NCBI GenBank assembly: GCA_963748975.1
Contig: CAVVKX010000032.1
Location: forward strand, 7,860 to 71,859
DNA from: an uncultured Parachlamydiaceae bacterium
Lineage (GTDB): Bacteria; Chlamydiota; Chlamydiia; Chlamydiales; Parachlamydiaceae
Direction of reading: 5' to 3'
Length of the DNA stretch: 64,000 bases
Part shown: positions 8,820 to 19,600 of the stretch, in pieces
How positions within the stretch are numbered: the first letter of the stretch is position 1
Layout: every line of letters begins with the position of its first letter
Notes under the pieces: model-generated
What the model was told of the DNA's origin: nothing
The model's database searches: none
What the model saw: the letters and a program-made list of their open reading frames with translations, nothing else
Program-made: the position numbers and the translations under genes

Positions 8820-9824
8820 TTATTTGGCGTAACCCCAAATGGTCTTTTTCGCTCCGGCTTGTCCAGTGATGATATCATAGTTTGTCTTGCTGACTTGCTT
8901 TCCTTGCCAATACAAATCTGTTTTGGTCGAATTACCCACATAATTTTTGCAAGGACCATGTTTTAACCCATTTGCCCAAGAAATTTCCTGAACAAGGGTG
9001 TTGCCATCACGATAATGACGCTCTATGCCATGTTTTTTTCCAGCCTCATACCTGCAATCAGCTACTTTTTCCCCATTAAGATATTCCGTTGTCGTACCAG
9101 TCTGAACACCGTTTTTCCATTCTTCGACAGTACGCGGTTCCCCTGCAGGAAAATAAGTTTTAACTTCCCCGTGTACCAAGCCGTTAGCGTAGGGAATCAC
9201 TTCTTTAGAAGACCCATTTTGATGATAAGTTGTGCGTAGAGACATGAGGCCCTTATCGATGGTATCCACAGAAACTAACTGACCATAATCATCGCGGCTT
9301 GTACGTGTTCCGTTATAGTTGACGACTTGCGAATCCATCTGATTGTTCTGAGCACAATAAGTGCCTTGGAAAAGAAGGTCTCCTTGAAACTGCTCCTTAC
9401 TTTTTGGAGCCCCTGATTCATACCAAGCGGTGACAGTAATATTTTGCGGAGAATTATGAATGATTTCTTGCTTAGGGGCACCGGAAATGTAGAAAGTAGA
9501 TTCTTTTTGCAAGATCCCATTCATATAATTTTCTACCTTTTCAATACTTGAACTATGTGGATAGGAATAAGTTGTATCACCATCCAAAATTCCTGTATTG
9601 TAAGATTTCGTAACCACAATACCGTTAGCTAATGTGGTGACTATTTGTCCATGATTTCCACCAGCATTCCAATCTTCTGGACTGACAGGCACGCCATAGC
9701 GATGCATATAAGTCTCATCTAATATTTCAGAAGAAGCATAATATCTTTCTGATTGTTGTTGACAGCCGGCTAGTATCAAAGCCAGAGCTGAAAGACCTAT
9801 AAAAGAGATAAATAATTTGCGCAT
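8820..9824 (-). CDS. MORN-variant (YwqK-like) repeat lipoprotein
   Basis: Signal peptide with lipobox LAGC; repeated Y-x-NG-x-x-HG / GxxxxY motifs. Confidence 0.85.
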   Translation of the reverse strand: MRKLFISFIGLSALALILAGCQQQSERYYASSEILDETYMHRYGVPVSPEDWNAGGNHGQIVTTLANGIVVTKSYNTGILDGDTTYSYPHSSSIEKVENYMNGILQKESTFYISGAPKQEIIHNSPQNITVTAWYESGAPKSKEQFQGDLLFQGTYCAQNNQMDSQVVNYNGTRTSRDDYGQLVSVDTIDKGLMSLRTTYHQNGSSKEVIPYANGLVHGEVKTYFPAGEPRTVEEWKNGVQTGTTTEYLNGEKVADCRYEAGKKHGIERHYRDGNTLVQEISWANGLKHGPCKNYVGNSTKTDLYWQGKQVSKTNYDIITGQAGAKKTIWGYAK

Positions 9825-9846
9825 AATCCACCTATAAATAATGTAT

Positions 9847-12240
9847 TTAACTTTTCAGTTTATTGATTGTTTCTTTCATAATTCGGGCGTGCTCCGCATC
9901 TACGATATCCTGAGAGATAGTTTTTTTATCATCGCGATAAACAAAACGAAGCGTCACATTCTTTAATCCAGCACCTAATTTTTCGCTACGATAAATATCT
10001 AGCAAGTTCACTTTTTTTAGGAGATTAGATGAAACGCTATGGATCCTATCAAAAATCTCCTGAACTGGAGTTTCTTCTTGCACCGTGACTGTCCAATCAC
10101 GCTCGGAACCTGGATAGATAGGAACCTCTTGCATCACATAATCTACCTGATGTGTCTGAATTAAATCGTGTAGATTCAATTCAGCAAAATAGACCCTTTG
10201 TGCAATATCCAGACGTCTAATAATGCTAGGATGAACCTCGCCCATGGAACCGATTTCTAAGGAGCCTACAAAAATGCCCGTTTGACGTCCAGTGTGAAAG
10301 GTTTTTAAGTCATTTGTTTTAAATATAACATCATAGATACGCAATTCCTTAAGAATATTTTCGATGATGCCTTTTAGATCATAAAAATCAAAATCGCGTG
10401 GTTTAGAGTCCCATTCATGTTGTTGCGCTTGACCTGTCAGGGCGATTCCGACAACGGTTTGTTCTTTGTACTGATCTGCATATTTAAAATGTATTCGCCC
10501 TATCTCAAAACCGCATATATTATTGTTTTGTCGCGCCACATTATATTTAATAAGTTGCAATAGTCCTGGCAAAAGGGATGTCCTTAGAATAGACTGCTCT
10601 ATAGAAATCGGATTCATCACTTTAATGACTTCGAGATCCTCAGGATTTTGACCAATAACATCCAAAATGGAGGGGCCAATAAGATCGCAGGTTAAAAACT
10701 CCTGTAGCCCTTCAGAAATCATACGCTCCCTTAGCACTCTTTCAAAAATAAATAAAGGAGCATGAGGAATGTTAGAATTTTTGTAGGTTGGCGAAGGACA
10801 GCTGATATTATCATAGCCATAGATGCGAGCGACTTCTTCAATAAGGTCTATTTCATTGGATATGTCTACCCTATAAGTAGGGACCGTTATAAAAAATGTA
10901 TCTTTTCCATCCCAGCTATAGGTAAAGCCTAGCCTTTTGAAAACGTTTTCTACTTCACTGACCGCTAAGTGAGTACCCAACAATGCATTAGTTCGACTTA
11001 AACGACATTCAATTTTCTTTTCAGGGAAAGACTGTTTTTTTATGTCTAATGGCAACTGAGCAATTTTTCCACCGGCCAGATTTTGTATGAGCATAGCCGC
11101 ACGGTCTAAAGCCCATAACACCGCGTTGGGATCAGCCCCCCTTTCAAAACGTTTGGAAGAATCCGTTTGAAGACCCAGCCTCTTGCTCGTCTTTCGAATG
11201 GATTGCGGATTAAAATAGGCAGCTTCTAATAAAACATTTTGCGTTTGAGACTCGACTTCAGAGTTTTTTCCTCCCATCACGCCCGCAATAGCGATCCCCT
11301 TTTCAGCATCGCAGATGAGAAGATCTTCTGAAGTCAAAAGACGTGTCTTATCATCAAGTGTTATAAAAGATTCGCCTTCACATGCCGTGCGAACGAAGAT
11401 TTTATTTTTTGCAATACGGTCATAATCAAAAGCATGAAGTGGCTGACCTATTTCCCAAAAAACAAAATTTGTAATATCCACAATGTTATTGATCGGTCGG
11501 ATGCCACATGCCTTGAGACGTTGCTTTAGCCATTCAGGAGAAGGACCTACTTTAACATCTTTAATGACTCTGCAAGCATAGCGTGGACATCTTTTTACGT
11601 CTTCAACGTCTATTCTAATGAGACCCGGTGTATGCAAAGACTGATCTTCTGCTAAATTGATAGAAGGCAAAACAAATGGCTCACCGATCTGAGCAGAAAG
11701 CTCCCTGGCTATGCCTACTACACAATTACAATGTCCTAAGTTTGGAGTTAGGGCAATTTCAAATACTGTATCAGTAAGCAAAGCTGCTAGGTCCTCACCA
11801 ACTTTCATTTCCCCATTGAACTCAATGATACCCTTCTGTTCTTCATCGGAAAGACCTATTTCATCGGCTGAACAAAGCATGCCGGAAGATTCAACACCGC
11901 GGAGTTTTGTCTTTTTGATCTTATATTTTATGCCCTCAGCATCAATTAATGTAGCACCGATAGGAGCAAAAGCTGTTTTTAAGCCTACACGGCAATTAGG
12001 AGCACCACAAACCACTTGATAAGTATCCCGACCATCTGAAACATTCGCGATGCAAAGCTGATCGGCATTAGGATGTTTTTCTACTTGAAGAACTTCGCCT
12101 ACTATCACACCTTCAAAACCGCCCGAAAGAGTTTCAATACTTTCTACTTCAAGGCCTGCTAAAGTCAGAATTTTTGCGATTTCGGCAGGCGATAAATCTA
12201 CTTGAATATAGTCACGCAACCAGTTCAATGAAAGTTTCAT
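9847..12240 (-). CDS. pheT: Phenylalanine-tRNA ligase beta subunit
   Basis: 797 aa; MKLSLNWL start, HPNAD, VVCGAPN, SKRFERG, DLIEEVARIYGY. Confidence 0.98.
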   Translation of the reverse strand: MKLSLNWLRDYIQVDLSPAEIAKILTLAGLEVESIETLSGGFEGVIVGEVLQVEKHPNADQLCIANVSDGRDTYQVVCGAPNCRVGLKTAFAPIGATLIDAEGIKYKIKKTKLRGVESSGMLCSADEIGLSDEEQKGIIEFNGEMKVGEDLAALLTDTVFEIALTPNLGHCNCVVGIARELSAQIGEPFVLPSINLAEDQSLHTPGLIRIDVEDVKRCPRYACRVIKDVKVGPSPEWLKQRLKACGIRPINNIVDITNFVFWEIGQPLHAFDYDRIAKNKIFVRTACEGESFITLDDKTRLLTSEDLLICDAEKGIAIAGVMGGKNSEVESQTQNVLLEAAYFNPQSIRKTSKRLGLQTDSSKRFERGADPNAVLWALDRAAMLIQNLAGGKIAQLPLDIKKQSFPEKKIECRLSRTNALLGTHLAVSEVENVFKRLGFTYSWDGKDTFFITVPTYRVDISNEIDLIEEVARIYGYDNISCPSPTYKNSNIPHAPLFIFERVLRERMISEGLQEFLTCDLIGPSILDVIGQNPEDLEVIKVMNPISIEQSILRTSLLPGLLQLIKYNVARQNNNICGFEIGRIHFKYADQYKEQTVVGIALTGQAQQHEWDSKPRDFDFYDLKGIIENILKELRIYDVIFKTNDLKTFHTGRQTGIFVGSLEIGSMGEVHPSIIRRLDIAQRVYFAELNLHDLIQTHQVDYVMQEVPIYPGSERDWTVTVQEETPVQEIFDRIHSVSSNLLKKVNLLDIYRSEKLGAGLKNVTLRFVYRDDKKTISQDIVDAEHARIMKETINKLKS

Positions 12241-12343
12241 AATTAATTCTTGGTGATGCTAAACAATGTTAAGATAATCTACTAATAGGATACAGAATTT
12301 TGAATAGAAAACAAGAAAGAAGTTTAAGGTTAGCCCATGCCTT

Positions 12344-12540
12344 AAAAACCCATGCCCGTGCCCATGTGCGTGCCCGATTAAAACCCGTGCCCGTGGTGCC
12401 CGTGCCCGATTAATATTGTTTTTGATATATATGTAGAGAGCTTTTTTTTCGGGCACGGGCACGCACACGGGCACGGGCACGGGTTCAAGTCGGGCACGGG
12501 CCCGCACATGGGCACGGGCGGGGTTTTAATCGCGCACGGG
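12344..12540. repeat. GC-rich CACGGG/CCCGTG hexamer arrays in inverted orientation
   Basis: A (CCCGTG)n block at 12344-12410 faces a (CACGGG)n block at 12449-12540 across a ~35-nt AT spacer. Confidence 0.85.
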
Positions 12541-12543
12541 TTG

Positions 12544-13458
12544 TTAAGTACGGGAAGAATTAAGAATGGACAGCTGTATCTCAGTTGTTTGACCCAGATC
12601 AAATAAGGTGGGTAAATCAGGGTTAGTATCCATATAAAGGACCAGTGTTTTAGCCAATCTTTTCTGTACTGCATCGGGCAAATTATTATATGTATTAACA
12701 ATAATAGCAGCCAGTATGGAAGCATTAGGGTCCTTTAAGATGCCGGGATTGGCTAATAGAGCAACAAAATCATCAGATTTAATCCACTTTGTTTCAGATT
12801 TGTATAAAGCAGCCAGAGCTGAACTCAGCAACATAATCTGAAATTGACTCGCAATCTGCTGTTTTTGATCTTCCGGTAAATTAGTTACAGAAGGTAATTT
12901 ATCTATTATAGTCAGCAAATAGCCCTTTAAGGTTCCATCTAATGCCCATTGAGTAAGTTGCGACGCAAATTTTGCCGCGATAGCTTCTTCATCATTGGCT
13001 GAACCAGATTTTTGAAAAGCTTCTGCAACTTTTGTGCCAAAAATAGCCCTTATGAAAATCGTCGAAATGGCAAGAAAAAAAGATGCAGTCATGTGAATTT
13101 CACGAAAAATAGGATTCATTTCGTCTATCCGATCCTTTTCTTTCTTTGCCTCCGCAATTTCTCGTAGATTTTTTGACCAACTATCTAAGATGTTCAAGCA
13201 AATCCTATCCATTGCAAGCTGTCCTATAACGAGCGTAAGATTTGGATCAGGTGGGACTAATATCGGATTGGAAATGAGAGGCATATATAAAGAAGCGACA
13301 AGAGCGCTTGCTTTTTCAATGGAATCTTTAGTAGGCTGGCCTGCAGGTTGAACAGTTTGATCCGGCACAACTGGTTGAACGTTATAAAATGCATCAAGTC
13401 CTGACAAACTCCCCTGATGACCCGCCCCTGTATTAAGATTAGATAAATCTTGATTCAT
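12544..13458 (-). CDS. Hypothetical protein, possibly secreted
   Basis: 304-aa ORF with low-complexity N-terminus and one hydrophobic segment. Confidence 0.75.
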   Translation of the reverse strand: MNQDLSNLNTGAGHQGSLSGLDAFYNVQPVVPDQTVQPAGQPTKDSIEKASALVASLYMPLISNPILVPPDPNLTLVIGQLAMDRICLNILDSWSKNLREIAEAKKEKDRIDEMNPIFREIHMTASFFLAISTIFIRAIFGTKVAEAFQKSGSANDEEAIAAKFASQLTQWALDGTLKGYLLTIIDKLPSVTNLPEDQKQQIASQFQIMLLSSALAALYKSETKWIKSDDFVALLANPGILKDPNASILAAIIVNTYNNLPDAVQKRLAKTLVLYMDTNPDLPTLFDLGQTTEIQLSILNSSRT

Positions 13459-13545
13459 AAAAAACCAAAAATAAATTAATTAAAAATTAAAACTAACCAT
13501 TTTTATTATAACATAAATTATAAAATTTATCAAATTACACTTAGA

Positions 13546-13590
13546 TTTCTTATATTTTCTCATTGATCTCACTGGTCTCAGTGGTTAAAT
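13546..13590. repeat. Solo arm of the ACCACTGAG MITE-like family
   Basis: TATTTTCTCATTGATCTCACTGGTCTCAGTGGT matches the right arm at 23064-23096. Confidence 0.75.
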
Positions 13591-13653
13591 TGATACTTCG
13601 CCGTAATATGATGTTTGTGCTAAAATGGTTTCAATAAAAACCGGGTTTATTTC

Positions 13654-14406
13654 ATGTCTGAAAATACGCACTTTACAGGTAAAGATCCTCTTGAACATGT
13701 CGCTGAAAAAATCGCTGAAGGAAAATTATCTTCCGTTGAAGTCCATGGGACGGAATTACCCGGTCACATTTCCGCTGGAGCTGACGCAGCGCGCGAAACA
13801 GCTGTAGTCCTTCTACTTATCAGTTCCATTTTACTATCCCTACATTTACCTTTATCGCAACTGACAGTAGATATCCTCATTTTTTCTACGGGATGGACAC
13901 TATGGAAATTTGGCCGAAGCGCATGGCTGGGATGGTCTCGCCTAGAACGGTTGCACCGAGTCGTCAAACAGGAAAAATGGGAAATAGATAATAACCGTGA
14001 TCAAGAGAGAATGGAATTGAGAGAACTCTATGCAGCAAAAGGCTTTGAAGGAAAACTTCTTGATCATGTGATAGACGTGTTAATGGCCGATGGAGATCGC
14101 CTTCTTAAAGTCATGGTGGAAGAAGAATTAGGCCTAAAACTTGAATCGCACGAACATCCATTAAAACAGGCTTGTGGAGCTGGTTTAGGGGCTTTAGCAG
14201 CAGCCAGTCTCGTACTTATAGGCCATCTAATAGCTCCTAATCATTATGGATTAGCCATTGGGGCTTTGATCAGCATAGCCCTGGCTTCCTTAATATCCGC
14301 ATATTATGAACTCAACCGTGTGATCCCAGCCATAGTTTGGAATATTGGTTTAGCCATTTTAGCCTATGCTTGGGTCTTTTTTCTTTATAATTTTTTCTTT
14401 TTTTAA
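13654..14406 (+). CDS. VIT1/CCC1-family metal (Fe/Mn) transporter
   Basis: ERMELRELYAAKGF and MVEEELGL motifs with TM helices either side. Confidence 0.85.
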   Translation: MSENTHFTGKDPLEHVAEKIAEGKLSSVEVHGTELPGHISAGADAARETAVVLLLISSILLSLHLPLSQLTVDILIFSTGWTLWKFGRSAWLGWSRLERLHRVVKQEKWEIDNNRDQERMELRELYAAKGFEGKLLDHVIDVLMADGDRLLKVMVEEELGLKLESHEHPLKQACGAGLGALAAASLVLIGHLIAPNHYGLAIGALISIALASLISAYYELNRVIPAIVWNIGLAILAYAWVFFLYNFFFF

Positions 14407-14430
14407 CTAAGAAATTGTAGTAAGATTATT

Positions 14431-16428
14431 ATGGATAGTATTAGCCAACCTTTAGTCTTCAGTGAATTTTTTGAAATGGATTCTCCGGATATATCCAGTC
14501 CATTCATCAAAAAAACCAGTCGAATGTGGGGCTATAATCTTACCCTTAAAGCTTCTGTAGCCTCAAGCATTCTTCTTGCGCTAGCTTTTGCTTTTTCCTG
14601 GCATGTACGGACAATGCCCCTCTCTAATTTATTATTAGTCATGATCTATTTCCTGGCAGGAATTCCTGCACTCATCGAATCCATTGAAGATCTTTTAGAT
14701 TTCGATATCAATATAGACATTTTAATGACGCTTGCGGCTTTTTCCTCAGTACTTATTGGTAGCGCTATGGAAGGTGCTTTGCTGCTTGTCTTATTTGCTT
14801 TATCAGGTGCTATGGAAGATGCCGTGACTCAAAAAGCAAAAAGCGCCATTAGCAGCCTTCATAAACTCTCTCCCACTCGCGCCAGCCTGGTACAAAGCGA
14901 TGGCACTCTTTTAGAGCATTCTGTGAATGAAATTTCGGTAGGAGAGCACATATTAGTTAAGTCGGGTCAAGTCGTTCCTTTAGATGGTAAAGTCATTGAA
15001 GGCATTTCATCTGTAAATCTCGTACATATTACTGGAGAAAATTTTCCTGTCGTTAAAAGAGTCCACGATGAAGTAGTAGCGGGTGCTCTTAATTTAGAGG
15101 GTGCCCTTGTCATGCAAGTGTTAAGAACAAGTTCTGATTCTACTCTAGCTAAAATCATTCAATTGGTGACCGAAGCTCAAGACGCTCGACCCAAACTGCA
15201 GAGATGGTTTGATAAATTCAGCCGATCATACGCCATCTCTATCATTTGTTTATCTGCTTTTTTTGCATTGATTTTCCCTTTTATTTTTTCAATTCCTTTT
15301 TTAGGATTTGAGGGCTCCGTTTATAGAGCTCTGGCCTTTTTAATCGCAGCTTCTCCTTGTGCTTTGATTATTGCCATGCCCATTGCTTATTTAAGTGCCA
15401 TTGGTTCATGCGCAAAACATGGAATCCTTTTAAAAGGGGGCACGGTGTTAGATGCCTTGGCTCAATGTAAAACCGTAGCATTTGATAAAACAGGCACTTT
15501 AACCACTGGAGAATTAACTTTTGCCGGTGTGGAATCTCTAGGCAGGGAGATCGATACTAATCAAGCAATCAGTGTCGCCCATGCCCTTGAAAAAAATGCT
15601 ATCCATCCCATCGCCAAAGCTATATTAGCTTATGCACAAAAGGCTAAAATCCTGCCTGCCCAAATTTCAGTCTTCCAAGCAATCCCCGGCAGCGGCTTGG
15701 AGGGGATTTTTACACTTCCAACGGGCGTTAATGTGCCCGTGGCGATTGGACATCCCGAGTTTATTGCAGAAAAATTAAACGCTCCTCAAGCTCAGCAGCT
15801 TTTACAAAAATGTAAAGAGCTGCAAAATCAAGGAGAACTCGTCTCTCCTCTCCAAATAGGAGAAAATGTCTTGCTATTTCGATTTCACGATACAATAAGA
15901 TTCAACATAAAAAATACCGTGAAAAAGTTGAGAGATAGAATGGGATTAAAAATAGTCATGCTCACGGGAGATCACAAATTCAGTGCCGAACGCATTTCTA
16001 ATGAGCTAGATATACGGGATTTTAAAGCTAATCTGACTCCCGAAGATAAGCTTGCATATGTAGCTCATCTTTCTGAAAATGAAGGTCTGGCCATGATAGG
16101 TGATGGAATTAATGATGCACCCGCCTTGGCGCGCTCAACCGTCGGTATTTGTATGGGCAAAGTAGGTTCAACAGCTGCTATGGAAGCTGCTGATATTGTT
16201 TTACTTCAAGATAATATTGAGCATCTTGACTGGCTTTTTCAAAAAGCCATAAAAACTCAAACCATCGTCAGACAAAATTTAGCTCTAGCTATAGCCGCCA
16301 TTTTTATTGCCACTATTCCTTCACTAGCCGGCTTTATCCCTTTATGGTTAGCAGTCCTATTACATGAAGGCGGCACTGTGATCGTCGGCTTGAATGGATT
16401 GCGGCTGCTCAAAAACGGCGAGCGATAG
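14431..16428 (+). CDS. P1B-type heavy-metal ATPase (SPC/HEGGT, P1B-4-like)
   Basis: TGE, AASPCAL, DKTGTLT, GDGINDAPAL and HEGGT motifs; no N-terminal CxxC domain. Confidence 0.93.
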   Translation: MDSISQPLVFSEFFEMDSPDISSPFIKKTSRMWGYNLTLKASVASSILLALAFAFSWHVRTMPLSNLLLVMIYFLAGIPALIESIEDLLDFDINIDILMTLAAFSSVLIGSAMEGALLLVLFALSGAMEDAVTQKAKSAISSLHKLSPTRASLVQSDGTLLEHSVNEISVGEHILVKSGQVVPLDGKVIEGISSVNLVHITGENFPVVKRVHDEVVAGALNLEGALVMQVLRTSSDSTLAKIIQLVTEAQDARPKLQRWFDKFSRSYAISIICLSAFFALIFPFIFSIPFLGFEGSVYRALAFLIAASPCALIIAMPIAYLSAIGSCAKHGILLKGGTVLDALAQCKTVAFDKTGTLTTGELTFAGVESLGREIDTNQAISVAHALEKNAIHPIAKAILAYAQKAKILPAQISVFQAIPGSGLEGIFTLPTGVNVPVAIGHPEFIAEKLNAPQAQQLLQKCKELQNQGELVSPLQIGENVLLFRFHDTIRFNIKNTVKKLRDRMGLKIVMLTGDHKFSAERISNELDIRDFKANLTPEDKLAYVAHLSENEGLAMIGDGINDAPALARSTVGICMGKVGSTAAMEAADIVLLQDNIEHLDWLFQKAIKTQTIVRQNLALAIAAIFIATIPSLAGFIPLWLAVLLHEGGTVIVGLNGLRLLKNGER

Positions 16429-16437
16429 AGAAGACAA

Positions 16438-16542
16438 AACAAGAAAGAACAGGATATGAGGATCACCTTCGGTGGCAGGAAAAGAGGTCAATGCCTTTAC
16501 CCTGCCACCGAAGGTGATCCTTATATCCTGTTCTTTCTTGTT
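16438..16542. repeat. Long intergenic hairpin (42-bp stem)
   Basis: 16438-16479 is the reverse complement of 16501-16542 with one mismatch. Confidence 0.9.
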
Positions 16543-16628
16543 CTTTCCTATTAAAGCTACAAATTTAAAATCTGTTATGCCAGTATGCAAAAAAAGTGAA
16601 AGATTGCATTCAAACTGGAGCTTAGGAA

Positions 16629-19600
16629 ATGATAAAACCTACAGACAAATCGAAAATGCCCACTGCAAGTTTACTTGCCGCTATAGAAAATGAATCTAAA
16701 AAGTTCCGAGAGAATTATTTATGGTTAGAACAAGCCATGCCGCCCAACTTTTTTCAAGAAGTAGGCCAAGAAAATGCCATCCTCCTCACACATAGCCTGA
16801 TGGGACTCCATTTGCAAGATTATTTTTCTACTATACACTTCAAGGGTGCTGCCTTTGTGATGTGCTTAGATAGCGCGGATGCAGACCTCCGCATCCTCAA
16901 AAATTATGCCATGTTCGGCATCAAAAATTATGAAACTTTTGTCTCCAACTCTGCCCCACCGATACCCGGCATTCAAGCACATCTGCGTATTGCCACGCTT
17001 TATTTTTCAGAACTTAGCGAATCATCCGAGAAACCTTTTACGGAAGAAGCCAAAGCACTCCTCCATCAATTAATTAAAGAACGCAATCCTTCAATTACCG
17101 ACCAAGAATTCGAAAATTTAACAAGTGGTATCAATACCCGCTTTTTAAGGTCTTTGCCTATAGAACGATTAAAGGTTGCAATCGATATGTTTTTCCGATC
17201 GAGGGTCAGCGACCATTGCCAATATGAAATCCACCAAAATAAGCATTGGAAAAAAGACGGAAGTGCCTCTTTGCAAATTGTTCTGGCTTGGCGCAACGTC
17301 CCAAAATATAACTTTTTATATAGACTCGCACGGATTATTCATCGTCATGGGCTCATGATGAAAAGGGTGAACGCCACATACATCGATCCCTTTAGCCGCC
17401 ATTCGATCTTAGTTATGGTTTTAGAACTCCAGGGACATTCGGATAAAGCTGCGTGGGAAGTTGCAGACATCCCTGATTTTTTACGTGAACTCGTAACAAG
17501 TAAGTATTTTGCAAGCTTTGATACCATTGATGATAAATTAGTGAACACAGGTGTTGTTTCTGGAAATATGGGTAATTTGCTTCGTACCATCGTTTATTTT
17601 ATCCATCAAGCTTTGGTTCATATCGATGCCAATTTGTATACAATTGAAAACATCGAAGAGGCTTTGTGCAGACATCCCGAGCTCACTGCTTATATTTGCA
17701 AAGCTTTCGAAGCTAAATTTGATCCTACTCGCCTTAACTACGATCAATATTTAAACCTGAGGCAGAAATTCTTAGATGACGTTAACAAACTGGACACGGG
17801 ACAAATCGAATATGATATCCGTCGTAAAAATGTATTACAACAAGCAATGAACCTTGTCCAGCATACTTTGAAAACAAATTTTTACCGCACCAACCTTACA
17901 TCCATCAGCTTTAGGTTGGACCCTCAATATCTTAATCATATTCCTTTCGAACGTGAAAATAAATTTCCCATATTGCCCTATGGCATTTTCTTTATTAAGG
18001 GCATGCATTTTTTTGGTTTTCATATACGTTTTAAAGACCTATCCCGAGGTGGTTTACGCACAGTATTTCCTGAGCAAATAGAATCAGAGGCTGTGGAGCG
18101 CAACACTGTCTTTACAGAATGCTACAATCTTGCTTACACACAGCATATGAAAAACAAAGACATTCCTGAAGGAGGCTCTAAGGGTATCATTTTTTTAAGA
18201 CCTTTTGAACGGGTTGAATCCGAAGCTGTCATTTTAGAAAAAGAGCTAGAAATTTCACGCGTGGACATCTTGGAAATTCAAAAGAAAATTGAATCTTATA
18301 AGTCTGAACAGAAGAGCGAACATTTATACCAAGCGCAACGTTCGTTTATTGAAAGTCTTATTACGATCGTTAACTTCAATCCTGACGGAACGATTCGAAC
18401 AAAAAACATTGTCGATTATTTGAAACGCCCTGAATATCTTTATTTGGGCCCTGACGAAAATATGCATGATTCCATGATAAAATGGATTGCAGGCTTCAGC
18501 GCGAAATATAATTACAAACCAGGCACATCATTCATGTCCAGTAAGCCGCGTGTCGGTATCAATCATAAGGAATATGGTGTAACATCGCTTGGAATTAATA
18601 TGTATATGGAAGAGGTCCTTAAGTATTTAGGAATCGATCCTCACACAGATCCTTTTACTGTTAAAATGTCAGGAGGACCGGACGGGGATGTAGCAGGTAA
18701 TCAAATTTATAATTTTTATCGTTACTATCCTAAGACGGCCAAATTGCTCGCTTTAACTGATGTAACAGGAACAATCAATGATCCAGAAGGATTAGATCTC
18801 TCTATTCTCGTCGAGCTTTTTAAACAGGGCTTAGGAATTAAAAACTATCCTGCTCAACAGCTCCATCCCGGTGGCTTTTTAGTTGATAAAACCTCAAAAA
18901 GAAGCCCAACTGCTTTTGTTCAACAAACACTTTGCTGGCGCAACCAAGACGGCAATCTGCTACAAGATTGGATCTCAGGAAGTGATATGAATCATCTCCT
19001 GCGCAGTAATGTCCACCAAACACCGACAGATATCTTTATTCCCTCAGGAGGACGTCCTCGAACGCTGAATGAAAGTAATTTTAATGAATTCTTAGATGAA
19101 AGAGGTCGGCCTACAGCAAAAGCTATAGTAGAAGGAGCCAATCTTTACTTGACACCAGGAGCCCGTCGTGAACTTGAAAAACTGGGCGTTTTAATTATCA
19201 AAGATAGTTCAGCCAATAAAGGAGGTGTCATTTGTTCTTCCTTTGAAGTTTTAAGTGGATTGGCCTTAGGGGATGAACTTTTTTTTAATCATAAAAAAGA
19301 AATCGTTGATGATATTTTAGAGCGCATTAAACAATATTCCCTACATGAGGCACGTCTATTGTTGCGTACACATAAAGAGACCGGACAGTATCTAACTGAT
19401 ATCTCTGATCAAATTTCGGACCATATTAATCAATTTACTTTCCATCTCTTAGACTATTTGGATAAGATAGCACTGAACAATGACCCTATGGACCCGGCCA
19501 TTAAATGTTTCTTGGATTATTGTCTCCCTGTCTTGAGAGACAATTTCCAAGATTTGTTGCTTAAGGAAATTCCCGAACACCATAAAAAAGCGATAATTGC

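Noticed and set aside
12344-12540. CRISPR-like array
   Set aside because: No constant repeat with unique spacers, and no cas genes in the window.
12259-12725. ORFs with PVPVPV / GHGHG / CPCPC repeats
   Set aside because: These are translations of the CACGGG DNA repeat, not genes.
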